Of a DNA stretch of 64,000 nucleotides, positions 13,601-26,162 are shown one piece after another; positions within the stretch are counted from its first letter, which is position 1, and the number at the start of each line of letters is the position of its first letter. The notes below the pieces were generated by a model. The model saw only the letters and a list, made by a program, of their open reading frames with translations. It made no database searches and was not told the origin of the DNA. Both the position numbers and the translations under genes were made by a program. The stretch is from Azolla caroliniana (taxonomy: Eukaryota > Plantae > Polypodiophyta), in contig JBHGNT010000008.1 in assembly GCA_043228905.1 (NCBI GenBank), forward strand, positions 20,770,001-20,834,000. The letters run 5' to 3'.

Positions 13601-16124
13601 TTGTTGTGGCATATGTTGACACGAAAACTCTCGTCGTATTCCTTCTTTCTGTAGAAACGCCAAAAATTCGTCGGAGAAGTACTCCTTGCCTCTATCCAAC
13701 CGAAGACATCGTACATGTGGGCTTGTGGCTTTCTCGACTTCATTCTTGAATTTTTGGAAGTGTTCGAACACTTCACTCTTTTGCCGCATCAGATAGATCT
13801 AAGTGTGCCTAGAGAAGTCGTTGATGAAGGTCACGTAGTATCGGGTTCCGCCAAATGTCGCCGTTTGAGCCGGACCCCATACATCGAAATGAATTACGTC
13901 GAGTACGCCTTTGCTCACATTCCGCTCCTTCGGAAATGGGTGCTAATGTTGCTTGCCGAATTGGCAAGCGGCACACACGCCTTCAATCTCTTCCTCCGTG
14001 AATGTCGGGAGCCCGATGACGACTCCTTTCGATTGCATTGCCTTGAGCTTTTGGAGATTTATATGGCCAATCCGCTTGTGCCATAACTCTATGTCGGAAT
14101 CGGCTTTCACGCCCTTTGTGAACATGGCCCATTTCATCTCGTGTGAGTTGAGAATGAACATTCGGCCCTCTCTTCGTCCGCAAGCAATGAGTCGGCCCTC
14201 TTTTTCGATGAAGCAACCGCCTTGATTAAATCATACTTGTATTCCTTGCTCTACAATTTGGCCGACGGAGACCAAATTCTTCGTGATAGTTGGTACATGC
14301 AAGACATTTTTAATATAAGTTTGCTTACCTTCTTCTCCGAACGGAACATTGCCGATGTGCCAAATCGGGTGCGTAGTGTCGTCTCCGGTTTCAACATAGC
14401 CGGGTCGGTCCGGCTCTCGAAGTTCTCGGAACCATTCTTGATGCGACGTCATATGGTTCGAGGCACCGGAATCGACGAATCATACGTCTTCCGGACCGGA
14501 GGCACTAGTAGAAGTAGAGGTTGACATAGAATTCGCTCTATGTCTCATCACGAACATTCCGTCGCGATCATCATAGTCGGAGTTGATGGTGTAGTTGGTG
14601 AGTTGTTGGCTAGTGGAAGCCGACTCGCGTATCTTCTTACGGCATTCTTCTTCGTGGTGACCGATTTTTCCGCAATATCTACATTCGACCGAGCTTTGTC
14701 GGTTCGGACCGGAATGGAAGCTCCCCCTTCTTTCGAAGGTTCCTCGATGGCTTCCGTCTTGATGCCGAAATTGCGAGTTGTTTTCATAAATCGGGCCTTG
14801 TCCGCCTCGTCCGCCACATCCTTGGCCGAATCGGCCTCTTCTTGCACGGTCGTGTCCTCTTCCTCCATCCGAATGTGTGTAGAGCATTTGGCCTTCCGAG
14901 GCGTTGTTCCTTGTTCGAACATGATTCTCTTCAACCAACAACATGGATTGAAGATCGAAGAAGGAGGGCGGATTCTCCCGTGCTAGTACGGCGGTCCGCA
15001 TTACGCCGAATCATGGTGCAAGGCTGCTGAGGCATATTTGCACCATCTCATCATCGTCCACATTGACGCTTATCGAGCCGAGCGAGTCGCAAAGCTCCTT
15101 GATCTTCAATGTGTAGCTTGTAATGGACATATCCTGTTGTTGAATGTTATTCAACTCTTGGCGGAGTTGAAGCTTTCTCGTAGTCGTGTTGGCGGCGAAA
15201 ATCTTTCGTAGATTCTCCCATGCTTCCTTTGGCATCTTGGCTTCTCGAATGTAGCCGAGCATGTGGTCGTGAACACATGTCACCAAGCAATACATCACTC
15301 GGCTTGCCGCTTGCTCCCACGTTGCATAGTCGGCGACTTCCGGCTTGGGTCGGTTTTCTTGTGCTCCATTGATGTAACCCCAATAGCCTTGGCCGACAAG
15401 GTATTGGTGCATCTTGTACTCCGAAGATGTGAAGTTGTTTCGGTCCAACTTCTCGCTAGGGAAAGCGCTCCCCATTTGAGTATTCATTGTTGATTAATCT
15501 TCCTTTCTTCTTTTCCTTCTCTCTCGAACACGAGCTATGTAGTGGTACTATGATAGCGATGAGCCGGTTCTTCTTGAACGTCGGCGTAGAGCACAACACA
15601 CGATCACGTTGATGCGAGTGGGCTAGATCAAGCTACCAAATCGCTCTGATACCATGTAAAGAATCAGATATGATTCTTGTGAAGCGGAAGAGATGTGAGT
15701 TATGTGTGTATGTGTGAGAGGAGAGAGGAGAGGAGAGAAACACAAAATAGATAAGAGACAATATGAAGTACTCATGAAGAAGAATAAGAAGTATATTAAC
15801 AAGTAGAATATGAGATACAAAAAATAGCGTTACAAGGAGTCACAACCAACTTAAAATGGAGTAGGAGGACGGTGCTTTATATAGAGTCACCCTCTCTCTT
15901 CATTTACTCACTACAACGTTCACTCTCTCACTAGAGCCTTGAGGAATGTGAAGTCTTACGGTCATGGGGAATGTGGAACCATTAGTTATGTGTCATAGAA
16001 TATGAATCTATGACACATAGTTTAATGTGTAGAGAGTGGTGATGTGACTCTTGACCTTTGAGTAATCATAGATTCTCAAAAGGTGTGTTCACACGTTGCT
16101 CTATGTTGAGCTTGATTCTCAACA
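10637..16124 (-). mobile_element. Ty1/Copia LTR retrotransposon A, full length and decayed
   Basis: LTRs 10637-11112 and 15655-16124 (TG...CA, slightly diverged). PBS complementary to tRNA-iMet (TGGTATCAGAGC, 15643-15654). PPT at ~11113-11121. No matching TSD found. Confidence 0.93.
11228..15487 (-). pseudogene. Copia A gag-pol, broken by stops and frameshifts
   Basis: Gag UBN2-like region 15011-15487; CCHC knuckle CRYCGKIGHHEEEC in 14480-15001; protease DSGAS near 14460; integrase 12791-13789; RT/RNaseH 11228-12739 (RYKARLVAKGY, QMDVKNAFL, YMDD, TDADW, KHIEVHY). Confidence 0.92.
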
Positions 16125-19100
16125 GGTTGAACCCTTACCATTAAACTATGCATTGTAAAACAAAAAATATATTTTCATTTATTATTTCACGATAAGAAAT
16201 TCATGTATATTCCAGATTACTTTGGAATGTTTTAGAAACTTCAAGAGTACTCCTGACAGTACTATAAATAGAGGCACATAACATTATCCAGAACCAATTC
16301 TGTTCAACGCCAATATTAAGCCTCCTAGTTGTTCTTGTATCCTTCTTCATATAATATACTTCTTGTTGTCATCACACACACACACACACACTCTCTCTCT
16401 CGTGCCTCTCACACACTTTTTCCCTTCTTATTACTAATCCTAATTCTTCCCCTCTATCTTTAGTACTAATTCTCCTTGCCTATAGTACTATCCCTGACAG
16501 TTTGAACCGAATTTCTCATCTTCTTATCCATCCTTCCCTTCGTACTAATCTTCTTATCCTTCCTTCCTCCAATACTAAATTGCAACTGTTAGCGCTCAGG
16601 AATACCAATCCGTTTTCTTGGAGCTCCGGTGCTTAAAAGAAAAGTTTGTAGCACTAGAACAAGAAAATCAACATTTGTTGGGGGATTTTCAACAAATAGC
16701 TCTAGAAAAACAACAACACGGGGAGTTGACATTACGCTTGCAACAACTTGAAGCAACTATTGTGTCATTGCAACAACTGGAACAAAGCACTCAAGGGATC
16801 CCCAAAGAACCCAAGTTCGTTCTTCCTATGAAGTTCGATGGAACGTGATCACAGTTTAGAGGATTTCTTAATCATGTACGTTTGGTGATTCAAATGCATC
16901 CTTCTTGATATCCCATCAATGCATTATGAGTGGGACTAGTAGGCCCGCTACTTAGTGGCATAACTTTGGCATTGTGTGCCCCTTTGCTAGAAAAAGGCTC
17001 TCCTTTGTTAAATAATTTGATGGAGTTTATTAGCGAGTTTAAAGCATGTTTTGGAGATACCGATAGCGTTAGGACGGCAATCAACAAAATCCAAAGACTG
17101 CATAAAGGTGATTGGCCGGCCTCAGCTTATGGTGCGGATTTCCGTCTTCTCGCCACCAATATTCCTTGGGATGACTAAGCATTGATGGAGCAATTTCTCT
17201 ATGGCCTACGTAATGACATCAAGGATTTACTCTTGACTTTCCCCGAAGAACCAAAGTCACTCACAGAAGCAATCAAACGAGCGGTACGATGCGATAATTG
17301 GCTTTTCAAACGATGTTCGGAACGTCGGTTACAAATGCAAAGGACAAGATCAGAGCCCACCTACGCCTGAGTTGTAGCAAAACCTTTTTCAAGGGAGTCA
17401 TATAATACGTCTCCGGAAAATACTCCAACACCAATGGAAATTGACATCACACATCGTCATGGACCATTATAGGAAGAGGAAAAGCAACGATGTCGAACAA
17501 ATCAACTATGTCTATATTGCAGTAGACTGGGGTATATTGCAGTAAATTGTCCCCATAGGCCAAGAAGACAGGTAAATCAAGTAGTCATTAGTAATAAACC
17601 CGAGTCTATTTCATTAGGAGTGTCTGATAATCCTAATAGTCCAAGTTTATCCAACAAATTTGAAGTCCTTAATCAACTAGGTGAAGAGTTAAACGATTGA
17701 GTCCAACCAAAATAGGAGCCGTTTGGTTGGACAACCTTGGATTTGTGTAGCCCATTAGTGGTTCCATTCCCTCGAAGCAAGTTAGCAGGTGTTCTTAGTT
17801 CAAGTAGCAGTTAGTACTAAAAGTAATTCTCAAGTACATGTCTTAACACTCTTAGATTTCGAAGCCAATTCTTGCTTCATGGATAGGAATTTTGCCCAAG
17901 TTCATTAGATATCCCTACGAAAGCTTTCTTTCCCAGCTTCTGTAGTAGTCATTGATGGTTGTCCCATTGTTTCCGAAAATATCGTAGAAGAGTTAGAGCC
18001 GATTCATGTTGTCCTAGAAATTTTGGTGTGTGAAATATCATTTAGTATAATAAGTAATCCAGAGCATACAATTGTCTTGGGGTTACCATGGTTTGAATTA
18101 CACAACCCCGAAATCGATTGGAGAACAAGAGAAATCAGGTATCGTTAACCTCGAGGATCTATTCATAGAATTTCAACCATTTCGCTATATCAATTGCGTG
18201 AGGAACGATGCCAGGAACCAATGTTTGTATTCACAGTATTAGTGAAACCTTCTAGTATCACTAAGGAGGAATCAACAATTCAACTTCCAAAGAAGTATCA
18301 CTATTATGCTGATGTTTTTGACAAGGTAAAAGCTAGTACTCTTCCTCAACATCGACCATATGATTGTCCTATTGATTTATAACCAGGAAAAGAGCCACTG
18401 TGGGGACCGATCTACAACTTTTCACCAAGCGAGCCTGAAGTTCTTTGAGCCTACATAGAGGAAAATTTGGCAAATGGGTTCATTCGACATTTGAAATCTC
18501 TAGTTGGAGCACCCATCTTCTTTGTGAAGAAAAAGGATGAACCACTTTGCCTAGTCGTGGATTACCGTGGCTTGAATAAGGTCACCATCAGGAATAAGTA
18601 TGCACTTCCTCTAATCTCAAGTCTTCTAGAAAGGATTAATGGGGGGTGCAAAGTTTTTCACAAAGATTGACTTATGAGGAGCATATAACCTCGTACGGAT
18701 CCGACCGGGAGATGAAAGGAGGATCGGATATAGGCACTTTGAATATACGGTTATGCCATTTGGCCTCAACAATGCACCAACAGTTTTCTAGCACATGACA
18801 AATGATATATTCCAAGATCTCTTGGACATATGTTTGATCATCTACTTGGATGATCTGCTAGTTTATTGAAAGACACAAGAGGATCATGATTCTCATGTAC
18901 TATTAGTACTAAAACGACTACGAGAACATGGCTTTATGCAAAACTAGAGATTCAGTGTAGTTTTGTTTGTAAACAAGTGGAATTTTTGGGCTATGTCATA
19001 TCCTCGGAAGGAATCTCTATGGATCCAACTAAGGTCCAAATTGTGTTAGAGTGGCAGAATCCACGTTCGTTGCGAGCTGTGCAATGCTTTTTAGGTTTCG

Positions 19101-22100
19101 CAAATTTCTATCGCAAGTTTATAAAGGACTACTCACAGCTTATTTTGCCTCTCACACATTTTCCAAAGAAGGGGCAATCATTTGTTTGGTCTAAGGAAGT
19201 GGACATGGCTTTTGTGGATCTCAAGAAAGCATTTACATCGGCCCCTATTCTAACTCATGCTGATCCGCAAAAACCATTTATCATTGAGGAAGATGCGTCG
19301 GATTTCGCCCTCGGTAGTATTTTGTCACAACAAGGTGACGATGAGAAGCTACATCTCATAGCTTTCCATTCGCGCAAATTTGACACCGCCGAAATCAACT
19401 ATGAGATACATTATAAGGAGCTATTAGCAATAATGGACTCTTTTGCACAATGGAGACATTTCTTAGAAGGATCTCCTCATCAAGTCATTGTATTTAGTGA
19501 ACACAAGAATCTTGCCTACTTCAAATGATCATGTATTAAATAGAGGATAAGCTCGGTGGGCCTAATTCCTCACTCGTTTCGACTTTAAAGGAAGACAAAT
19601 GCATTATCACGACGGTCGTATCTAGCACCTCGTCCTGGTGATCTGACCTTTGAAAATCAAAAGCAAGTAATCTTGGGTCCGGCACGACTGCAAGCAACGT
19701 TGGTTTTTGACACTCCAATAGATTCCCGCCTTATTGATAGCATACGCGAAGATTTGAAGACAGATGTTTTCGCTCAAGCTATTCTAGATTAAGTTGATTC
19801 CTCTCGGGCATCTTATTCACAGTCACAACAACCATGTATGGATTATCAACAATTCGAATGTCATGATGGATTACACTTCTTTAAGAAACTTTTGTATGTT
19901 CCCAATGGTCCATGTCGTCTTCGAGTAGTTCAAAATTGTAATGACACATACACAACTAGACATTTTGGTAGTACTAAAACGTTGGATTCAACGATCATTT
20001 TGGTGGCCACATAGCCAAAATTTGTCAAAGACTACGTGCGGACATGTGATACATGCTACAAGGCAAAGATGCCCAGACATCATCTATATGGTTTATTGGA
20101 TCCATTACCCATCCCTAGCAAGTCGTGGCAATCTATTTCTCTAGATTTTATCACAGATCTCCCGGATCTGAAGGGGTTCAATGCGAGCTTCACAATGGTT
20201 GATCGGTATACTAAGATGGCACATTTCTTGCCTTGTACTAAAGAAATCACTAGTGAAGAAATTGTAGAAATTGTTATGCGTGAAGTATTTTAGCATCATG
20301 GTCTTCCCGATAGTATCATCAGTGATCGTGGACCACAATTTGTCTCTAAATTTTGGAAGCATCTCTTCAAAATGCTCAAGGTCACATGAAACCTCTCCTC
20401 CGACTATCATCCCCGAACAAATGGTGAAGCAGAACATACAAATCAAACGTTGGAATAGTATCTTCAGTGTTTTTTAAGCTATCAACAAGATGATTGGGCA
20501 AATATTCTACATTTTGCTAAATTTGTTTATAATAATTCTATCCACTCCTCTACTAGGGTTGCACCATTCCATGCTTATACAGGTCATCATCCTCGCTAAT
20601 GTGTATTAGAAACTCTTGAGCTAGAGAATCATTTGGAGTGGCTACAAGATTCAAGCAGAACTATCTACCCACCTACATTAAGCCCAACAAACATAGGAGG
20701 ATTATGCGGATAGTCAATGGATTCCATCCTATTTTGATATTGGAGATTGAGTGTGGCTATTACAATGACACATAAAAACTACTCGACCATGTGACAAATT
20801 GGATTATTGACTGTTAGGAATAGTACTAAAACAGAGAGAGATTTAGTACTGGAAAAGGGAAGTACTATTAGTACCAAGAGGACGGGACTGTGTAAGACTC
20901 CCAAGAGAGGAAGAGAGAAGAGGAGAGAGAGAGATAGCGAGGATGAGAGAGAGAGAGAGATGATGATAACAGAGGATATATTATGTGAAGAATAAGTACA
21001 AAAGGGCTATGAGGCTTAAGACTGGTGTTGAACCAATTTGGTTCAAAATAATGCCTAGTGCCTTCTATTATAGTGTTCTCAGGAGTAATCCTGAAGCTTC
21101 TAGAATGTTCTAGAGAAATCTGGAATATACATTAATTTCCTATAATAAAACTTAAATGAAAATAATATCCTATGTATTACAATAGATGGTATAATGGTCA
21201 AGAGCTCGACCCATATAACATAAGGTCATGAGTTCGGGTATTGCCATATCATGACATTATCTCCCCCTTAAGACGATGAGTGGAACGAGTCGGCGTTGAT
21301 TGTGGACCGGGTTTGTCTGGATACTTTCGGTGGAACTCAGCAAGAAGATCTTGAGCATTGGCGACATGCTTGTCGGGTTCCCAAGTACGTTCGCTTGGAC
21401 TATAGCCAAGCCAATCGCCCAAATAATAAAGTTTGTTGTCAACAAGTTTGGAATCGAGGACGGCAACAACTTCATACTCCGGGCCGACTTCCAACTCAAG
21501 CGGGGGTGGCGGTGGTGTAACACGATTGGGAATAGTGTTTTCTTTATAAGGTTCAAGAAGAGAGCTATGGAAAACCGGATGTATCTGAAGATGTGGAGGG
21601 AGATCAAGGTGGAACGTGACATCATTAACCTTACTAGTAATACGGAAAGGACCGGGTCGTTGATAATCCAACTTGTTGCACGGTCGAGTGGTCTTGATGT
21701 GACGACGTAAGAGCCATACTCGATCTCCGATGGCAAAAGAGGAGGGAAGCCGATGACGATCTGCATAAGTCTTCTGTGTGTGTTGAACATGACGAAGATG
21801 AGTAGAGATATCCATCTGGATCTTGCATAGCCTCTCCAAATGATCCTCAACACGAGGATTGGTAGGTAGCTCCGGGGTGTCAATCACCGACCAGCGAGGA
21901 TGGGAACTGGTATAAGCGTAAAATGGGGAGACCCGAGTCGAGGAGTGAACAACATTATTATATGCAAACTCCGCAAAGTGGAGAATCTCGGCCCAATCGT
22001 CCTGTTGATAACTCACAAAACATCGGAGATATTGTTCCAGCGTTTGGTTTGTTCGTTCCGCCTGCCCATCGGTTTGGGGATGGTAGCCAGAGGAGAGGGT

Positions 22101-24426
22101 GCAAGAGACCTTGAGCATCTTGAAGAGATGTTGCCAAAATTTGGAGATGAATTGAGGTCCTAGGTCACTGATGATACTGTTTGGGAGGCCATGATGCCGA
22201 AATACCTCACGCATGACAAGGGCAACGATTTCCTCGCTAGTGATGGCCTTAGTACACGACACAAAATGTGCCATCTTAGTATATCGATCGATGACGGTTG
22301 AGATAACATCGAACCCCTTTGAGACCAACAGATCTGTGATAAAATCAAGACAAATAGACTGCCACGGCTTACTTGGAATCGGTAAGGGTTCCAACAAGCC
22401 ATATGGATGGTGTCGTGGCATCTTTGCTCGGCAACAAGCATCATAAGTCCGAATATAGTCATCAACAAAACGTCGCATATGGGGCCACCAAAAAGATCGT
22501 TGAACAACATCCAATGTCTTAGTACTACCGAAATGTCCCACCGTATGGGTGTCATGACAATTTTGGACGATTTGAAGGCGACAGGAGCAATCGGGGAAAT
22601 ATACAAGCTTTTTAAAGAATAACAAACCATCATGATATTCGAATTGTCGGTAGTCCATACTTGGTTGTTTAGATTGGGAACAGGATGCCCGAGAGGTATC
22701 AATGTGCGCCAGAATGTCTTGAGCAAAACTGTCTGTCTTCAAGCTCCCACGTATGGCATCGGTAATCCGGGAATCCATTGGGGTGTGAAAAATCCGCGTT
22801 GTGTGTAATCGTGTTGGTCTCAAGATTACTTGCTTTTGATTATCAAACGCTAGATCACCAGGACGAGGTGCAAGATATGAACACCGTGATAGCGCATCTG
22901 CTTTTCCTTGCTACTTCCCCGGTCGATATGTGATTTTGAAGTCAAAACACGTGAGGAGTTGAGCCCACCGAGCTTGCCGTTGATTTAGCACCTGAGCGTT
23001 CTGGAAATAAGCAAGATTTTTGTGATCACTAAAGACGATGACCTGATGTGGAGAGCCCTCTAAGAAAGGCCGCCATTGCACAAAGGAATCCACGATGGCT
23101 AATAATTCCTTATCATGTATTTTGTAGTTGATTTCCGCGACATCGAATTTATGCGAATGGAAAGCCACAGGTTGTAACTCTTCTTTATCTCCTTGTTGAG
23201 AAAGGATGCTATGAGGGAGAAATCTGATGCGTCGTCCTCCATGATGAATGGTTTGTTTGTATCCACATGAGCTAGAATAGGAGCTGATGTAAAGGCTTTC
23301 TTAAGATGCCAAAAGCCATGTCCGCTTCATTCGACCAAAGAAATGCTTGTCCCTTCTTCGCAAGTTGTGTGAGAGGTAAAATAATCTTCGAGTAATCCTG
23401 TATAAACTTGCTGTAGAAGTTAGAAAAACCTAGAAAACATTGTACATTTCGTACCTGTCGAATACATGTGTATAATGGACGTATTCACACTATCCCGTTT
23501 TGGCCATTTATGTAATTAGCATAAAGGGTAGTTGCCCTAAGTCGGTCACTATATATAGTGACCTTGTAACCTTTTTGTAAGGTTGGGTGTTGTATTGTTG
23601 CTTTATGGAATAAGAAAGTCTTTTGTGCCTCTCTGTCTCTCTGTCTCTCTCTCTCTCTCTCTCTGTGCAACGACCTACAAACTGTCATACGCAGGTATTC
23701 AGAACACAATCAAATGCTACTTGATCTTCCGCACAGACGACTTTGTCTCCAACATCTGGTATCAGAGCCTGCACAGTAGTCGGTCCTTCAATCCGCTGTC
23801 GGCCGTCGTCTCAGCATTCGGTTTCCTGCGTCATTCGAAGAAGAGAGAAGAAGAAGAAAAACGAGGCCTGCATCTCATCGCGTTAGATCATCTTTGCTTG
23901 GAGTAAGCCAACAGGTTGTACTCCGTTCCTTGTGATCGTAACCGCTCGAGGTGAAATCCCCTTGTGAAACTTTGACACGATCGTGCTCCACTCGGTTAAA
24001 CGGCATCCGAAAAGGTCATTAAACGCTGCTCGCCGCTCGTTGTAACCACTCGGTGCAGATCGGTCTCAAGACAACAACCCCAATTCGCGCTTCATCCGGC
24101 TGATCGACATTCGGGAGGATCAGTTGGATCTGTCTCTCTCGTCGCTGCAGCCACCCGAAGCAGAATCGGTCCAGATAATCGGTTTCAATAATCGGTATTC
24201 GGCATATATATCCGAAGCGAACCGGGCTCACTCCGACTCGGCAACATTCGGGAAGACCAGTCGGTTCTGTCCCTCAAGTTACCGGAGTCAATTCGAGCAA
24301 GTTCCGAAGCCGAACCGAATCGGGTTCAAATCCGACTAGAACGATATCGGGTGAGCCAACTGGCTGCACTCCAACAAGGTTCGTAGTCAACTCCGAACCG
24401 AGCTTCGTCAACCAAAACCGAACTTG

Positions 24427-26145
24427 ATGGCATCAACATCCGGCTCGTCAGAAATGAGTCTACGAAAGTTCGATGGATCGAACTTCAACTTCTGGAAGGA
24501 ACAAATGCAGGACTATCTCATAGTCAAGGGGCAAATCGATCCCATCGAAAATGAAGAACCTCCAGAAGGATACAAACCAATTGAGTGGCAGAAGCTGGAC
24601 AGAATTGTCCGCGCCACGATTCGGATGCACCTATCGGAATCGGTATACTTTACGGTGCAATCGTGTACGACAGCATTCGAACTGTGGAAAACACTGTCGG
24701 ACACTTACGAAAAGAAGGTCGCCGCAACGAAGATGTTTCTGATCCGGCGCCTCTACAACTTGCGGATGAAAGAATCCGATTCGGTTCAAGCACACCTCAA
24801 TGAGTACGAAAGCATAAGCTCCCAAATCTCGTCACAGGGGACGGCAATCGAGGATGAACTCAGAGCAATGATACTCATGAGCAGCCTTCCCTCATCATGG
24901 GAAACTTTCGTCACAACCGTGTGCAACGCGTCAACCACGGCTGTTAAATACTCCGAAGTCACGAGCGCAATCCTGACCGAAGCAGCTCGGAGAAAGTCTT
25001 TCGCCAAAGACTCAACAGACGACGCTTACGTAGTACAAGGTTCGACAGACCGATCGAACATACGAGGAAGAGATTCCTCACGGCCGCCGAACAATCAGCG
25101 AAGACGGAGCCAGTCACGGGATAACCGAATCTGCAACTATTGCAAGAAACCCGGACACATCAAAGCCGACTGCCACGCACTCAAGAACAAGAACAAGAAG
25201 AAGAGTGGCCGGCATGAGGAGATCAATTACGTCAGCTTCTCAGCTGATGTACTACCGGACGACCCGAATATACTATCAATCGAAAATCCAGTCGGATCAG
25301 AAGTTCTACTCACGACTGAAGAATCGAGCACATGGCTCTTAGATTCGGGCGCGTCATTTCACGTGACTCCTCATCGATCCCAATTTCGGCAATATACGAT
25401 CCGTCACTCCGACTCAGTTCGAGTCGGCAACTCACAACACTGTGACATCATCGGAATCGGCACAGTAGAGCTCAACCTTGCAGGTGGCTCTACACTTGTA
25501 CTCCACAATGTCCGACATGTACCCGAGCTCTCAAGGCCATTGATCTCAGTCGGACAACTAGATGAAGACGACATTCGTGCCGGTTTTTCTTCGGGAGGGT
25601 GGACACTCCACAGGGGGAACCTCCTGCTTGCTAGAGGACCCAAGATACACTCCCTGTATCCGTTACATGTTACGCTCAGAGAGGGTAACCTGTTTTTGGT
25701 GGATATTCCTGTGTCATCACTATGGCACCGAAGATTAGGACACCTCAGCAAGGCCGGCATCACGCACCTATCTAGAGCCGGATACATCCCCAAACTCTCC
25801 TTCTCGGACCATCAATTCTGCGAGCATTGCCAGTATGGCAAACAAGCAGCCGCATCACACCCGACATCAGCACCAAGAGAAACGAGACCTCTTGATTTGG
25901 TCCACTCGGACGTCTGTGGCCCAATGCCGCATCAGTCTCTCGGCGGTGCCTCTTACTTCGTCACTTTTATTGACGATTCGACTCGAAAGGTGTGGGCTTA
26001 TCCAATTCGCACCAAAGATCGGGTCTTCTCGATCTTCACCGATTGGCTCGCTATGGCAGAAAATCAAACCGACCGAAAGCTGAAATGCTTTCGGACAGAC
26101 AATGGGGGAGAGTTTAAATCCGAAGAATTCGTCAAATTCTGCCAA
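24427..26145 (+). CDS. Copia E gag-protease-integrase N-terminal part
   Basis: KFDGSNFNFW gag start, CNYCKKPGHIKADC zinc knuckle, WLLDSGAS protease, WHRRLGH/CEHC integrase zinc finger, HSDVCGP and RTDNGGEF integrase core. Homology breaks at ~26145. Confidence 0.9.
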
Positions 26146-26162
26146 CACTCCGGACAGTTTCC

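Noticed and set aside
11046-15030. Numerous antisense ORFs over Copia and Gypsy coding regions (also 21.2-22.7 kb, 55.4-57.3 kb, 62.3-63.9 kb)
   Set aside because: Shadow ORFs of GC-rich retroelement coding sequence, not conserved between sibling copies.
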